Shown in pieces: positions 20,531-32,058 of a stretch of DNA of 64,000 bases. The notes under the pieces are model-generated. The model saw only the letters and a program-made list of their open reading frames with translations, searched no databases and was not told the origin of the DNA. The stretch's first letter is position 1; each line of letters opens with the position of its first letter. This DNA comes from an uncultured Candidatus Binatia bacterium (GTDB lineage Bacteria > Desulfobacterota > Binatia > UBA9968 > JAJDTQ01). Made by a program: the position numbers and the translations under genes. The stretch covers positions 5,087,627-5,151,626 of the forward strand of contig OZ244869.1 of NCBI GenBank assembly GCA_965221155.1, in the 5' to 3' direction.

Positions 20531-21745
20531 TCACCTGCCTTCGATCAATGAAGCGTGCAGTGAATCCACGGCCCTGCGGCTGTCCTTCTCGGCGACCACC
20601 ACCGAGACCTTGATCTCGGAGGTCGAGATCATCTCGATGTTGATCGACTGTTCCGCCAGGGCCTTGAACATCTTCGCCGCCACGCCCGCGTGCGTTCTCA
20701 CGCCGACGCCCACCACCGACACCTTGGCGATGTGGGTATCGGAGGCCACTCCCTTAGCTTGGATCAAGGGCGCGGTTTTTTCAATCAGTTCCATGGCTTT
20801 TCGGTGATCCTTCTTGGGCACCGTGAAGGTGACGTCGGTGGTGCCGTCGGCGCCGGCGTTCTGGATGATCATGTCCACCACGATGTTGGCCTCCGCGATG
20901 GGGCCGAAGATCTGGGCGGCGAGGCCGGCGCGGTCCGGCACGCTGCGGATGGTGATCTTGGCTTCGTCGTTATCACAGGTCACTGCCGAGACCAGAACCG
21001 AGTCCATTTGTTGCTCCTCCTCGACCAGCCAGGTGCCCTCGACGTCGGTGAAGCTCGAGCGCAGGTGCACCTTGACGCCGAACTTCTTTGCCAGCTCCAC
21101 CGAGCGGATCTGCAGCACCCGGGCTCCCAGACTGGCCATCTCCAGCATTTCGTCGTAGGTGATCCGATCCAGCTTTCGCGCCCTGGGGCACACGAAGGGA
21201 TCCGCGGTGTAGATCCCGTCGACGTCCGTATAGATCTCGCACACCGAGGCGCTCAGGGCCGCGGCCATGGCCACGGCGCTGGTGTCCGACCCGCCGCGCC
21301 CCAGGGTGGTGATGTTGTCGTCCTCGTCGACCCCCTGGAAGCCCGCCACCACCACTACCTCGTTCCGCTTCAGCGACTCCACGACACGGGTGGAGTCGAT
21401 GCTCTTGATCCGCGCCCGGCCGTGCACGCTGTCCGTGGCGATACGCACCTGATGGCCGAGAAACGAGCGTGCCGGTTGTCCCAGGTCCCGCAGCGCCAGC
21501 GCCAGCAGGGCGCAGGAGACCTGCTCCCCGGACGCCAGCAGCACGTCGATTTCCCGGTCGTCAACGTGTGACGACACCTGATTGGCCAGGTTGAGGAGCC
21601 GGTTGGTCTCACCGGACATGGCGGACACCACCACCACCACGTCGTTCCCCTGTTCGCGGGCCGCCGCCACACGCCTGGCGACGTTGCGAATGCGTTCCAC
21701 CATGCCCACAGACGTGCCGCCGTATTTCTGTACGATCAATGCCAT
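20531..21745 (-). CDS. lysC: Aspartate kinase
   Basis: [23 protein letters not shown], two ACT domains, ISTSEIKVS. Confidence 0.96.
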   Translation of the reverse strand: MALIVQKYGGTSVGMVERIRNVARRVAAAREQGNDVVVVVSAMSGETNRLLNLANQVSSHVDDREIDVLLASGEQVSCALLALALRDLGQPARSFLGHQVRIATDSVHGRARIKSIDSTRVVESLKRNEVVVVAGFQGVDEDDNITTLGRGGSDTSAVAMAAALSASVCEIYTDVDGIYTADPFVCPRARKLDRITYDEMLEMASLGARVLQIRSVELAKKFGVKVHLRSSFTDVEGTWLVEEEQQMDSVLVSAVTCDNDEAKITIRSVPDRAGLAAQIFGPIAEANIVVDMIIQNAGADGTTDVTFTVPKKDHRKAMELIEKTAPLIQAKGVASDTHIAKVSVVGVGVRTHAGVAAKMFKALAEQSINIEMISTSEIKVSVVVAEKDSRRAVDSLHASLIEGR

Positions 21746-21776
21746 CGGTCATTCTTCATGCGTGCCTGGTTGGCCC

Positions 21777-22010
21777 CCCTCACCCCAACCCTCTCCCAAA
21801 GGGAGAGGGGGCCGGAGAAAGCCCCTCTCCCTCTGGGAGAGGGTGGCCTCGTACCGTCCCAAATCCAGCCCCTCTCCCTCTGGGAGAGGGTGGCCGAAGG
21901 CCGGGTGAGGGCGCCCCAATAGCCCTCCCCCTCCCATCCCTTGCCGTTGACAACGGGCTACTCGCACCCGGGCACCCTCACCCCAACCCTCTCCCAGAGG
22001 GAGAGGGGGC
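21777..22010. repeat. Cluster of four family B repeats in direct and inverted orientation
   Basis: CCCTCACCCCAACCCTCTCCC..AGGGAGAGGGG at 21777 and 21975; inverted copies at about 21822 and 21869. Confidence 0.9.
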
Positions 22011-22481
22011 CGGAGGGAGCGCCGCGACCATCTCCTCGTAACGCCTTCCGTGGGCCGCGAAGCGCAGCTCCCGCCGCTCCTCGTCGACGTAGCGGAAAGT
22101 GATGCCCAGGAACTCGTCGACCCCCACGGCATCCAGGCGCTCGAACCACTCCACCACGCAGACGCTGCCGGACGCGAAGTATTCCTCCAGATGCAGGTCC
22201 TCCATCTCCTGTCCCGGGGCCACGCGAAAGAGGTCCGCGTGGACCAGCGACAGCCGGCCCTGGTACTCGTTGATCAGCGTGAAGGTAGGGCTTCGGACCC
22301 AACTGTTGCTGCCCACCTCGATCCCTTCGGCCAACCCGTGCACGAAGCAGGTCTTGCCGCTCCCCAGATCGCCGGAGAGTCCCAGGATCTCGCCGCCGCG
22401 GAGCACTCGGCCCAGCGCGCAGCCCAGCGCCCGGGTCGCCTCCGGCGAGCCGGTGGTGATGTGATACTCGTTGGTCTTCAA
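21978..22481 (-). CDS. tsaE: tRNA t6A biosynthesis ATPase
   Basis: GDLGSGKT, V.SPTFTLINEY, HADLFR, VVEW; TTG start overlaps the nnr stop. Confidence 0.93.
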   Translation of the reverse strand: MKTNEYHITTGSPEATRALGCALGRVLRGGEILGLSGDLGSGKTCFVHGLAEGIEVGSNSWVRSPTFTLINEYQGRLSLVHADLFRVAPGQEMEDLHLEEYFASGSVCVVEWFERLDAVGVDEFLGITFRYVDEERRELRFAAHGRRYEEMVAALPPAPSPSGRGLG

Positions 22482-24046
22482 GCCCGTATCATCTCCCTGA
22501 TCTGCGCCAGCTCCTTGATGGCCCGCGGCAACTCGTCCACCAGGTCCGACGCGATGAGCCCCACGCCGCCGCGGTCGTCCGCCACCCGGTCGCCCGTGCG
22601 GCCGTGGAGATAGACCCCCAGGCGAACGGCGTCCTCCGGCGGCGCGCCTTGCGCCAGAAACCCCGCGACGATCCCGGCAAGGACGTCGCCCATGCCCCCG
22701 CTGGCCATGCCGGAATTGCCGGTGGGGTTGATCGAGACCTTCCCCTCCGGCGTGGCCATCACCGTTCTCGCGCCCTTGAGAACGAGATGGCAACGATTCT
22801 CCGCGGCGAAGGCCCGGGCGATGCCGACGCGGTCGCCGTTGACATCGGCCGTGTTGAACCCGGTAAGGCGGCTCATCTCCCCCGGGTGCGGCGTCAACAC
22901 CGGCGGAACCCGTGCCTCCCGAAGCCGGCTCACGTCCGCCGCCAAGTTGTTGAGCCCGTCGGCGTCGATAAGCCACGGCAGGCTGCAATGCTCCAGCAGC
23001 GTTTCCAGGGTCGTCTGGGCGGACCCATGGACGCCCACGCCGGGGCCGAACAGGACCGCGCTCTTGCGCTCCGCCAGGCCATCCCAATCGGTGGCGCCGA
23101 GCGCCGGCCACTGGTCCTCGCCCGGCTGCCCCAGCGCCTCGGTCATGGACTCCACCAGAGCACCGGCCAGGATCTCGTTGAGTCCGCGGGGCGCCGCCAG
23201 GGTCACCAATCCGGTGCCCACCCGCATGGCCGCGCGGCAGCCGAGCACCGCGGCTCCCGTCTTGCCCCGGGACCCGGCCATCACCAGCAGATGGCCATGG
23301 CTGCCCTTGTGGGAGTCGTCCGCCCGTGTCGGCAAAAACCAGACCACGTCGGCCGGGTCCAGCAACTCCACCGAGGACTCCACCTCGGCCACCGCCTGCT
23401 GGTGGATGCCGATGTCGGCCACCACCAGGTCGCCGCTGTAGACGACGCCGGGGTAGACCACCTGCCCGGTCTTGGGGAAACCGAAGGTCACCGTGACCTC
23501 GGCCTGGATCGTCGCTCCCAGGGGCGTCCCCCGGTCGGAATCCAGACCCGAGGGCGTATCCACGGCAATGATGGGAAGGCCCGAGGCATTCATGAGCTCC
23601 ACCACGTCCGCCAGGAATCCCTCCACCGGGCTCCGCAACCCGGTTCCCAGCAGCGCGTCCACCAGCAGCCCCTTGTCCTGCATGCGGCCGCGCAAGTCGT
23701 CGAGGTCCCCGGCCGGGACTTCCGTGAACCGACCCTTCACCGCGCGATAGCGCTCGAGATTGGCCGCCGCGTCCGGCGAAAGATCTTCCGCCCGGGCCAT
23801 GCACGCCACCTCGCACGGGAACTCCCTCTCGTGCAGCAGCCTCGCGATCACCAAGCCGTCGCCGCCGTTGTTGCCCTTGCCCGCCACCACCAGGACGCCG
23901 CGTTTTGCCAGATGGGTCCAGCGCTTGAGGATGACATCCACCACGCCCTGCCCCGCCCGCTCCATCAGCCTCAGGCTGGGAACGCCGTGTGTGTCGATGG
24001 TGAGCTGGTCCAGGCGGCGCATCTCCGCCGCGGTTACGACGCGCAT
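22478..24046 (-). CDS. nnr: Bifunctional NAD(P)H-hydrate epimerase/dehydratase
   Basis: LMERAG, GKGNNGGDG, DALLGTG, HKGS.G, DADGLN, LTPHPGEM, GGMGDVLAG. Confidence 0.95.
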   Translation of the reverse strand: MRVVTAAEMRRLDQLTIDTHGVPSLRLMERAGQGVVDVILKRWTHLAKRGVLVVAGKGNNGGDGLVIARLLHEREFPCEVACMARAEDLSPDAAANLERYRAVKGRFTEVPAGDLDDLRGRMQDKGLLVDALLGTGLRSPVEGFLADVVELMNASGLPIIAVDTPSGLDSDRGTPLGATIQAEVTVTFGFPKTGQVVYPGVVYSGDLVVADIGIHQQAVAEVESSVELLDPADVVWFLPTRADDSHKGSHGHLLVMAGSRGKTGAAVLGCRAAMRVGTGLVTLAAPRGLNEILAGALVESMTEALGQPGEDQWPALGATDWDGLAERKSAVLFGPGVGVHGSAQTTLETLLEHCSLPWLIDADGLNNLAADVSRLREARVPPVLTPHPGEMSRLTGFNTADVNGDRVGIARAFAAENRCHLVLKGARTVMATPEGKVSINPTGNSGMASGGMGDVLAGIVAGFLAQGAPPEDAVRLGVYLHGRTGDRVADDRGGVGLIASDLVDELPRAIKELAQIREMIRA

Positions 24047-24078
24047 GAGTCAATCAATCCTTGGTGTTCCAAACAGGT

Positions 24079-24801
24079 TTACAACGATGCCCCGGCGATG
24101 AGGGCTTTCATTTCCTTCACCGCCTGGACCATCCCGACCATGATGGACCGGGCGACGATACTGTGCCCGATGTTGAGCTCGACGATGTCCTCGATGGCGG
24201 CAATCGGCGCCACGTTCCCGGCGTTGAGGCCGTGGCCGCCGTGAACCTCGAGCCCCAGTCCAACCGCCGACGCCGAGGCCTGCCGCACGGCTTCGAGCTC
24301 TTGCTCCACCCGCGGGCCGCTGGCGTTGCAGTAGGCCCCGGTGTGGATCTCCACGCCGTCGGCGCCCAGCTCCCGGCTGGCTTCGAGCTGCTTCAAGTCG
24401 GGATCCACGAAGAGACTCACGCGAATCCCTGCTTCCCGCAGGCGGGAGACGACATCCTTGAGCTGTTTCCCGTGGGTGACGACGTCGAGCCCGCCTTCGG
24501 TGGTCAACTCCTCCCGCCGCTCGGGCACCAGGCAGGCGTCGTCGGGCTTGAGGGTCAAAGCGTGCCGGGTCATTTCCGGGGTTCCGGCCATTTCGAGGTT
24601 GAGCCTCGCGCTCAACCGTTGACGCAGCCGGGCGACGTCCCGCTCCTGGATGTGCCGGCGATCTTCGCGCAAGTGCACCGTAATGACGTCGGCCCCGGCC
24701 TGCTCGGCCAGCAGCGCCGCCTCCACCGGGTCCGGGATGTCGATCATTCGCGCCTGGCGCACGGTCGCCACGTGATCGACGTTGACCCCAAGACGCGTCA
24801 T
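24079..24801 (-). CDS. pdxJ: Pyridoxine 5'-phosphate synthase
   Basis: [40 protein letters not shown]. Confidence 0.98.
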   Translation of the reverse strand: MTRLGVNVDHVATVRQARMIDIPDPVEAALLAEQAGADVITVHLREDRRHIQERDVARLRQRLSARLNLEMAGTPEMTRHALTLKPDDACLVPERREELTTEGGLDVVTHGKQLKDVVSRLREAGIRVSLFVDPDLKQLEASRELGADGVEIHTGAYCNASGPRVEQELEAVRQASASAVGLGLEVHGGHGLNAGNVAPIAAIEDIVELNIGHSIVARSIMVGMVQAVKEMKALIAGASL

Positions 24802-26231
24802 GCCGGGACCCCCAAGTTGGATTGGATGGCGTCGGCGATTCCCTGCGCCAGCCGCCGTATCTCATCTTTTGACTCTCCCTCGAGCATCACCCGGGCCAGC
24901 GGCTCGGTACCGGAGTAACGCACCAGGACCCGGCCCCGGCCGTCGAGCAGGTGCTCGCTCTCGGCAATGCGATCCCGCACCTGGGCCAGCTCGGAAAGAG
25001 GACGCTTCTCGCGGACCGGGACGTTGACGATGACCTGCGGCAGCTTGCCCATGGTCCGGCGGAGCTCGCCCAGGGGCTTTTCCCGCTCGGTCATGACGGC
25101 CAGCACCTGCAACGCCGTGAGACAGCCGTCGCCCGTGGTGTTGTGGTCCAGGAACACCAGGTGCCCGGATTGCTCCCCGCCGAGGTTGTGGCCGTCGCGG
25201 CGCATGGCCTCCACCACGTAGCGGTCGCCGACGGCCGTCCGCAGGACGCCGATGCCGTGCTCCCGGAGAGCGATGTCGAGCCCCATGTTGCTCATCACCG
25301 TGGCCACCACGGCGCCGGTGGGCAGCCGCCCGGCGCGTTTCATCTCGACGGCACACATGGCCAGAACCTCGTCGCCGTCCACCAGCTCGCCCTGCTCGTC
25401 GATGAAGAGCGCCCGGTCGGCATCGCCGTCCAGACACACGGCCAGGTCCGCGCCGTGCTCCAGCAGCGCTGCCCGGGCCTTCTCCGGATGCACCGAGCCG
25501 CAGTCCAGGTTGATGTTCGTACCGTCGGGCTCCACCGCCACCGGAATCACCTCGGCGCCAAGCTCCGCCAAGACCTCCGGCGCCACCCGGTACCCCGCGC
25601 CGTTGGCGCAGTCCACGACGATCTTCAGACCCTCCAGGGTCAGATGGCTCGGGAAGGTGCTCTTGAGAAAGGCGATGGTCCTGCCCAGGGCGTCGGCGAT
25701 GCGGTACGCCTTGCCGATCTCCGTCGCCGCCGGCCGGTGCGCGTCGTAGTCTCCGTTCCGGACCATGGCCTCCATGCGCCGCTCCCACTCATCGGGGAGC
25801 TTGAAGCCGTCGCTGGAAAAGAACTTGATGCCGTTGTCCTGATAGGGGTTGTGGGATGCCGAGATCACCACCCCGGCGTCCGCGCGCATGCTCCGGGTGA
25901 GAAACGCCACGCCCGGCGTGGGCAGGGGACCCACCAACAGCACATCGGCTCCCATGGAGCAGATTCCGGATGCCAGCGCGGTCTCGAACATGTAGCCCGA
26001 AAGGCGGGTATCCTTGCCCACGAGGATACGGCGCCGGTGGGTGCGCTTTCGGCCCAAGGCACCCCGGGCGCGCTTCCCGGCGCCGTCGTCGCCGACCACG
26101 TGGGCGATGGCCCGGCCCAGCCTCAGGGACGTTTCCGAGGTCATGGGCTCTTGATTGGCAATGCCGCGAATTCCGTCGGTGCCGAACAAGCGGCGCTGGT
26201 CCGGAATCTCTTGTGGCTTGTCCGACGTCAT
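24798..26231 (-). CDS. glmM: Phosphoglucosamine mutase
   Basis: [35 protein letters not shown]. Confidence 0.97.
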   Translation of the reverse strand: MTSDKPQEIPDQRRLFGTDGIRGIANQEPMTSETSLRLGRAIAHVVGDDGAGKRARGALGRKRTHRRRILVGKDTRLSGYMFETALASGICSMGADVLLVGPLPTPGVAFLTRSMRADAGVVISASHNPYQDNGIKFFSSDGFKLPDEWERRMEAMVRNGDYDAHRPAATEIGKAYRIADALGRTIAFLKSTFPSHLTLEGLKIVVDCANGAGYRVAPEVLAELGAEVIPVAVEPDGTNINLDCGSVHPEKARAALLEHGADLAVCLDGDADRALFIDEQGELVDGDEVLAMCAVEMKRAGRLPTGAVVATVMSNMGLDIALREHGIGVLRTAVGDRYVVEAMRRDGHNLGGEQSGHLVFLDHNTTGDGCLTALQVLAVMTEREKPLGELRRTMGKLPQVIVNVPVREKRPLSELAQVRDRIAESEHLLDGRGRVLVRYSGTEPLARVMLEGESKDEIRRLAQGIADAIQSNLGVPA

Positions 26232-26278
26232 CGGCTCCCTTCCATAGAATCAGCCAGCCGCGCCCACAAGGCCTGCGA

Positions 26279-26336
26279 GCCTGTATCGGCCGGCAGTGCG
26301 GTGCGGACACGGGCGGGTTTGAAACCCGCCCCTACA
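26279..26336. repeat. Extended REP overlapping the folP stop codon
   Basis: The REP GTAG supplies TAG at 26332-26334. Confidence 0.9.
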
Positions 26337-27288
26337 ACTTCGTTTTCTGCGATGCAGGCTCCCAGGTTTCACGGGCGCCACGGATGGCATCCGCCACGCG
26401 CACCGCCCTGCAGGTCTCCAACACGTCGTGGACCCGGACCATGTGGGCTCCGGCCAGCACCGCCGCGGTCGCTCCGGCAAGGCTGCCAGCCAGGCGGTCG
26501 GGTGCCGGCGGCGGCTGGGCCGCTTCCGCCGGCGCCTCCAGCCGCCCGAGAAACGACTTCCGGGACAGACCCACGAGCACCGGCTGCCCCAGGGACCTCA
26601 ACGCTTGCAGGTTCCGCAACAGCTCCAGGTTGTGCTCCAGGTCCTTGCCGAAGCCGATGCCGGGATCCACCACGATCCGTTCCGCGGCAACGCCGTTGCC
26701 CACGGCGAAGGTGACGCGTTCCCGGAGGAACGCGGCTACCTCCCCGACCACGTCGCGGTAGCGCGGCGCGACCTGCATGGTCCGGGGGCGGCCCTGCATG
26801 TGCATCAGCACCACCGGAACGTTCTCGCGCGCCACCAGCCGGACCATGGCGGGGTCGAATCGCAAGGCGCTGATGTCGTTCACCATGTCGGCGCCCGCGT
26901 CCAGCGCCCGGCGGGCCACCTCCTCCTTGGTGGTGTCGATGCTGATGGGCACCGGGACCCGTTGCCGCAGCCCGCGAATCACCGGTAGCACCCGATCGAG
27001 CTCGTCGTCGGCCGACACCGCGCCCGCGCCCGGACGGGTCGACTCCCCGCCCACGTCCACGATACTCGCGCCCTGGCGCACCATCTCGACGCCTCTGGCG
27101 ACCGCGGACTCGATATCGGGATAGCGGCCGCCGTCGGCAAAGGAATCGGGGGTGACGTTGAGGATCCCCATCACCGCCGTGCGGCCGCGCATGTCCACCG
27201 GCCCGTGGCGCGTCACCAGCAACGGGTCCGGCCCCGGGCCGAAGTCGTCGGACGATAACGGCTCGGGCCGGTTTCGCTTGGTACGCAT
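26332..27288 (-). CDS. folP: Dihydropteroate synthase
   Basis: MGILNVTPDSF.DGG, DVGGESTRPG, DPGIGFGK, SRKS, RVHDV. Confidence 0.97.
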   Translation of the reverse strand: MRTKRNRPEPLSSDDFGPGPDPLLVTRHGPVDMRGRTAVMGILNVTPDSFADGGRYPDIESAVARGVEMVRQGASIVDVGGESTRPGAGAVSADDELDRVLPVIRGLRQRVPVPISIDTTKEEVARRALDAGADMVNDISALRFDPAMVRLVARENVPVVLMHMQGRPRTMQVAPRYRDVVGEVAAFLRERVTFAVGNGVAAERIVVDPGIGFGKDLEHNLELLRNLQALRSLGQPVLVGLSRKSFLGRLEAPAEAAQPPPAPDRLAGSLAGATAAVLAGAHMVRVHDVLETCRAVRVADAIRGARETWEPASQKTKL

Positions 27289-27332
27289 TGTTATGTCACG
27301 GGGCTGCGATGTTGCGGGACACGACACCGGAA

Positions 27333-27390
27333 GCCCGTATCGACCAACAGCGCGGTGCGGGTGCGGGCGGGTTTGAAACCCGCCCCTACA
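27333..27390. repeat. Extended REP overlapping the ftsH stop codon
   Basis: The REP GTAG supplies TAG at 27386-27388. Confidence 0.9.
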
Positions 27391-29218
27391 CGGGGACGGG
27401 TGTCGTGGGCAGGTCGGGACCGCTTTCTGCCGCGTGTTGCTTGACGATGACGTCGATCTCCGCGCCGTCCAGGACTTCCTTCTCCAGCAGCTCCTTGGCT
27501 ACCCGGTGCAACAACTCCAGGTTGGCGGTCAGGATCTCCTTCGCCTGGTTGTAGCAATCCTTGATGATGCGCCGGACCTCCCTGTCGATCTCGACCGCGG
27601 TGTGTTCCGAGTAGTCCTGCTGCTGGGTGAAGTCCCGCCCGAGAAAGATCTGCTCTTCCTTCTTTCCGAAGGTCATGGGCCCCAGCTTCTCGCTCATGCC
27701 CCACTCGCAGACCATCCGGTGAGCGATCTCGGTGGCGCGCTCGATGTCGTTGCCGGCGCCCGTGGTCATGTGGTCGAGGATCAACTCCTCCGCGACCCGC
27801 CCGCCGAACAGGATCGTCACGTTGTTCAGGAGATACGCTTTGTCCTGGCTGTGCCGCTCGTCCACGGGAAGCTGCTGGGTCAAACCCAGCGCCATCCCGC
27901 GCGGGATGATGGTCACCTTGTGGACCGGGTCCGCACCCGGCAGCAGCACGGCTACCAGCGCGTGGCCGGCCTCGTGATAGGCGGTGTTGCGCTTCTCCTC
28001 GTCGCTGATGATCATGCTCTTGCGCTCGGTCCCCATCATGACTTTGTCCTTGGCCAGCTCAAAGTCGCTCATGTTGACCGTGTCTTTGTCATTCCGCGCC
28101 GCAAGGAGCGCCGCCTCGTTGACCAGATTCTCGAGATCCGCTCCGGCGAAACCCGGCGTCCCCCGGGCGAGCACCCGGATATCCACGTCGTTCTCCAACG
28201 GCACCCGCCGGCTGTGCACCTGCAGGATGCCTTCGCGCCCCTTGATGTCGGGACGCGGCACCACCACCCTGCGGTCGAACCGGCCCGGCCGGAGCAACGC
28301 CGGGTCCAGCACATCGGGCCGGTTGGTGGCGGCGATGAGGATCACGCCGTCGTTGGCCTCGAACCCGTCCATCTCCACCAGCAACTGATTGAGGGTTTGT
28401 TCCCGCTCGTCGTGCCCGCCGCCGAGGCCGGCGCCGCGCTGGCGTCCGACGGCGTCGATCTCGTCGACAAAGACGATGCACGGCGCCTGTTTCTTGGCCT
28501 GGACGAAAAGGTCCCGCACCCGGGAGGCGCCCACGCCCACGAACATCTCCACGAAATCCGAACCGCTGATGCTGAAGAACGGCACACTGGCCTCACCCGC
28601 GATGGCCCGCGCCAGCAGGGTCTTGCCGGTGCCCGGCGGGCCCACCAGAAGGCAGCCCTTGGGGATCCGTCCGCCGAGGCGGGTGAACTTCTTGGGGTCC
28701 TTGAGAAACGCGATGACTTCCTGCAGCTCGTCCTTGGCTTCGTCCACCCCGGCCACGTCGCTGAACGTCACCCGCGTCTGGTTCTCGTTCAGCAGCCGCG
28801 CCCGGCTCTTGCCGAACGACATGGCCTTGCCGCCCCCCGCCTGCATCTGCCGCATGAAGAAGATCCATACGCCCACCAGGAGAAGCATGGGGGCCCAGTT
28901 CACCAGCAGCACGAAGTACCAGGGAGAATCGTTCTCGGGTTTGGCGGCGATGCGGATGTTCTTCTCCCGCAGCGTCTTGACCATGTCCGGGTCGCTGGGC
29001 GAGAAGGTCCGGAACCGCTCGCCGCTCTGGTACTTGCCGTGAACGTGCTGGCCCTGGATCGTCACCTCCTGGACGTCGCCGCGCTCCACCGCGGACCAGA
29101 AGTCGCTGAAAATGATCTCGGGCTCGCGGCCCTGCTGCCGGGTGAAGACGTTGAAGAGCAGCAGGAACATCAATCCGAGAACGAGCCACAGGGCAAGGTT
29201 TTTTGTCGCTTGGTTCAA
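27386..29218 (-). CDS. ftsH: ATP-dependent zinc metalloprotease FtsH
   Basis: Two TM helices, [18 protein letters not shown] motif, HEAGH. Confidence 0.98.
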   Translation of the reverse strand: MNQATKNLALWLVLGLMFLLLFNVFTRQQGREPEIIFSDFWSAVERGDVQEVTIQGQHVHGKYQSGERFRTFSPSDPDMVKTLREKNIRIAAKPENDSPWYFVLLVNWAPMLLLVGVWIFFMRQMQAGGGKAMSFGKSRARLLNENQTRVTFSDVAGVDEAKDELQEVIAFLKDPKKFTRLGGRIPKGCLLVGPPGTGKTLLARAIAGEASVPFFSISGSDFVEMFVGVGASRVRDLFVQAKKQAPCIVFVDEIDAVGRQRGAGLGGGHDEREQTLNQLLVEMDGFEANDGVILIAATNRPDVLDPALLRPGRFDRRVVVPRPDIKGREGILQVHSRRVPLENDVDIRVLARGTPGFAGADLENLVNEAALLAARNDKDTVNMSDFELAKDKVMMGTERKSMIISDEEKRNTAYHEAGHALVAVLLPGADPVHKVTIIPRGMALGLTQQLPVDERHSQDKAYLLNNVTILFGGRVAEELILDHMTTGAGNDIERATEIAHRMVCEWGMSEKLGPMTFGKKEEQIFLGRDFTQQQDYSEHTAVEIDREVRRIIKDCYNQAKEILTANLELLHRVAKELLEKEVLDGAEIDVIVKQHAAESGPDLPTTPVPV

Positions 29219-29329
29219 GGGGGGGTTCTCCAGCCGTCACTGTCCGTTGGAAAAGTTACCATACGGGTATGGTTACTTCAATAAGAACCGGAACGACCCA
29301 AGTCAACCGAGGGGCCTTCTGCAAGCGCA

Positions 29330-30754
29330 CTACGAGACCTTGACCCGCCAGACCGTTCGGGTGTCGGACTCGACCTTGGCGAAATCGCTCCGGGCGCAAC
29401 CGGGAACCCACACGATTTCCTCCCCCGCCAGGAGCAGCGGCAGGGTCCGGCGCCGGGAACGCGGCACCTTCCCGTCGATGAAGAGGTCCTTGAGCTTCTT
29501 GTGCCCGGTCATTCCGAGGGGCCTGAGCCGGTCGCCGGGCCGGGGATTGCGAAGGCGGAGCGTCCCGCCGTCGCATTTCAGACGGGAGAGGTCGAAGGCC
29601 GCCTCGTGATCGCCCTCCGGTATCTCCCGGCTGGTGGAGCGCCACGCCGTGACCCGGACCCCGGCCTCGGGGACCACCACCTCGCCCTCCAGCGGGAGCG
29701 GGTAGGAATAGTCTTGCGTCCGCGGGGCCTCTGGGCGGGGGCCTCCGGCCGACCGCATCAGCCGCACCGATTCGTATTCCCGGATCACCGTCCAGGAGCC
29801 GGGGAGCGACACCCCTGCATGGGGACGGGTTCCGCCGATTGCCTTCAGCACGGCGTCTACGTGGGCGAAACCGATGCGCCGAAGCGTCCCCAGGCCCCGG
29901 TTCAACCAGAATCGCACCATCCGGGGCCGGAGCTCGGGTTCAAGCCCCAGGAAAGCGGCGCGGTCCAGCGCGTCCCCGCTGGTGACTCGCGGGTAGGCCG
30001 TGGCCACCTGCCGCTCCAGCAGCTCGTGGTCGGACCGCAGCATCCCGGCGAGCCGGGCAAGACGGTGATCGAGACCGTCATCGGTCTGTTCCCGGAGTCC
30101 CGGCAACACGGTCCGGCGGATCCAGTTCCGCAGATAACGGGTGTCGCGGTTGGTTCGGTCTTCCCGGTAGTCCAGCCCCCGGCTTCCCAGATATTCGAGG
30201 ATCTCGTCCCGGGAGACCTCCAGCAGCGGGCGGATCAACAGCCTCCCCTCGGCCCCGGCGGCGTCCCGGGCCAGGGGCCGCACCGCCGGCATGCCCGCCA
30301 GCCCCTCCGGGCCGCAGCCGCGAAGCAGCCACATCAGCATCGTCTCCACCTGATCGCCGCGGTTGTGCCCCACCGCGACCTTGCCGATGCTCCGGGTGGC
30401 GGCCACCTCGGCGAAGAATCGGTAACGCCGCTCGCGGGCCAGCGCCTCGAAGTTCCCGGGATGCCGATCCCGGCCGGACCGCGCGGGGTCCAGACCCGTG
30501 ATGTGGAACGGCAGTGACAGATCGGCGGCGACGCGGCGGACGAACTCCCCGTCGTCCCGGCTCTCGTGCCCGCGGATGCCATGCTCGACATGGGCCACTT
30601 CCAGACGCAGGCGGAGGGATGGGCCGATCTCGTGGAGGATGTGCAGCAATGCGACGGAATCCGGACCGCCGGACACACCCACCAGCACCGCGTCTCCTGG
30701 CGCCAGCATACGGTCCCGTACAAGGGTCTCCGCCAGCTTTTTGTCGAGGCTCAT
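29330..30754 (-). CDS. tilS: tRNA(Ile)-lysidine synthase
   Basis: SGGPDS PP-loop, H..DQVET, IRPLL, RN.IR, KKLKDLFID. Confidence 0.96.
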   Translation of the reverse strand: MSLDKKLAETLVRDRMLAPGDAVLVGVSGGPDSVALLHILHEIGPSLRLRLEVAHVEHGIRGHESRDDGEFVRRVAADLSLPFHITGLDPARSGRDRHPGNFEALARERRYRFFAEVAATRSIGKVAVGHNRGDQVETMLMWLLRGCGPEGLAGMPAVRPLARDAAGAEGRLLIRPLLEVSRDEILEYLGSRGLDYREDRTNRDTRYLRNWIRRTVLPGLREQTDDGLDHRLARLAGMLRSDHELLERQVATAYPRVTSGDALDRAAFLGLEPELRPRMVRFWLNRGLGTLRRIGFAHVDAVLKAIGGTRPHAGVSLPGSWTVIREYESVRLMRSAGGPRPEAPRTQDYSYPLPLEGEVVVPEAGVRVTAWRSTSREIPEGDHEAAFDLSRLKCDGGTLRLRNPRPGDRLRPLGMTGHKKLKDLFIDGKVPRSRRRTLPLLLAGEEIVWVPGCARSDFAKVESDTRTVWRVKVS

Positions 30755-30885
30755 GAAGGCAGGAAGGTTTGTGGCCCCGCTTCGCGGGTGCTATTACCTT
30801 GACAAATTTCAGGATACACCGCGCCCGAGCCGCCCACAAACAAAGAAACCCAAGGAAAATCGCGAACAACCCAAGGAGCAACCAC

Positions 30886-32058
30886 ATGGCCCCAACGTTG
30901 AACCCGCCCCGGAGAATCCTTCTCGGACCCGGCCCCAGCAACCCGCATCCACGGGTCCTGGAGGCGCTGTCGGCCCCCGTCGTCGGGCATCTCGACCCGG
31001 AATTCTTCAAGATCATGGAAGAGAGCAAATCCATGCTGCGCTGGCTGTTCCACACCGAGAACGAGCTGACCTTCCCGGTGTCGGGCACCGGCAGCGCGGG
31101 CATGGAGGCCTGCCTCGTGAACCTCATCGAGGAAGGCGACACGGTGCTGGTTTGCGTCAACGGCGTCTTCGGCACCCGCATGGCGGACATCGTCGAGCGC
31201 CTGGGCGGGAACCTCGTCAAGGTCGAGGCCCCCTGGGGCGAGATCATCCGGCCGGAACAGGTGGAGCAGGCGCTCAAGGACCACAAGGTCGACATCGTGA
31301 CGCTGGTGCACGCCGAGACCTCCACCGGGGTGCTGCAGCCGGTGGAAGCGATCTCCCGGCTCACGCATGACGCCGGCGCCCTGCTGGTGCTGGATACCGT
31401 GACCTCGCTGGGGGGCTGTCCGGTGACCATCGACGCCTGGAACGTCGACGCCACCTACAGCGGCACCCAGAAGTGCCTGAGCTGTCCGCCGGGTTTGTCG
31501 CCGGTGTCGTTCAACCAGGCCGCGCGCGACAAGCTGGGCCGGCGCAAGGGCAAGGCCAAGAGCTGGTATCTCGACCTCACCATGATCGAGCGCTACTGGG
31601 GCGAGGACCGGGCCTACCACCACACCGCCCCCATCTCCATGAACTACGGCCTCCACGCGGCCCTGAGCGAGGTGGAGAAGGAAGGCCTGGAAGCCCGTTT
31701 CAAACGCCACGAGCTGAACCACCGCGCGCTGGTGGCCGGCCTCGAGGTCCTGGGCATCCCTCTCGCGTCACAGGAGGGCCATCGCCTGTGGATGCTCAAC
31801 AGCGTCAAGATTCCCGAGGGAGTCAACGACGCCGCCATCCGCAAGCGGCTGCTGCTGGACTTCAACATCGAGATCGGCGGCGGCCTCGGCGCCCTCGCCG
31901 GCAAGACCTGGCGCATCGGGCTGATGGGAGAATCGAGCCGGCGGGAGAACGTGGTCGCCCTCATCGAGGCGCTGGGGCAAATCCTGAAAGACGAAGGTGC
32001 CGAGGTTCCGGTGACGGATGCGGTCGGGGCCATCGAGAGGGTGTACGCGAGAGGGTAG
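30886..32058 (+). CDS. Alanine-glyoxylate/serine-pyruvate aminotransferase (class V PLP enzyme)
   Basis: LLGPGPS, VHAETSTG, SGTQKCLSCPPG, YHHTAP; AAGGAG RBS. Confidence 0.93.
   Translation: MAPTLNPPRRILLGPGPSNPHPRVLEALSAPVVGHLDPEFFKIMEESKSMLRWLFHTENELTFPVSGTGSAGMEACLVNLIEEGDTVLVCVNGVFGTRMADIVERLGGNLVKVEAPWGEIIRPEQVEQALKDHKVDIVTLVHAETSTGVLQPVEAISRLTHDAGALLVLDTVTSLGGCPVTIDAWNVDATYSGTQKCLSCPPGLSPVSFNQAARDKLGRRKGKAKSWYLDLTMIERYWGEDRAYHHTAPISMNYGLHAALSEVEKEGLEARFKRHELNHRALVAGLEVLGIPLASQEGHRLWMLNSVKIPEGVNDAAIRKRLLLDFNIEIGGGLGALAGKTWRIGLMGESSRRENVVALIEALGQILKDEGAEVPVTDAVGAIERVYARG

Noticed and set aside
21978-24053. 691-aa ORF as an Nnr-TsaE fusion
   Set aside because: Only the last ~167 codons are TsaE; the rest is an alternative frame of nnr
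18934-29284. Long plus-strand ORFs (559, 546, 587, 616 aa)
   Set aside because: Antisense shadows of cimA, nnr, glmM and ftsH, expected at high GC
24047-29330. Absence of acpS, cdaA/ybbR and hpt from their common positions
   Set aside because: Gene-order variation; cannot be judged without the rest of the genome
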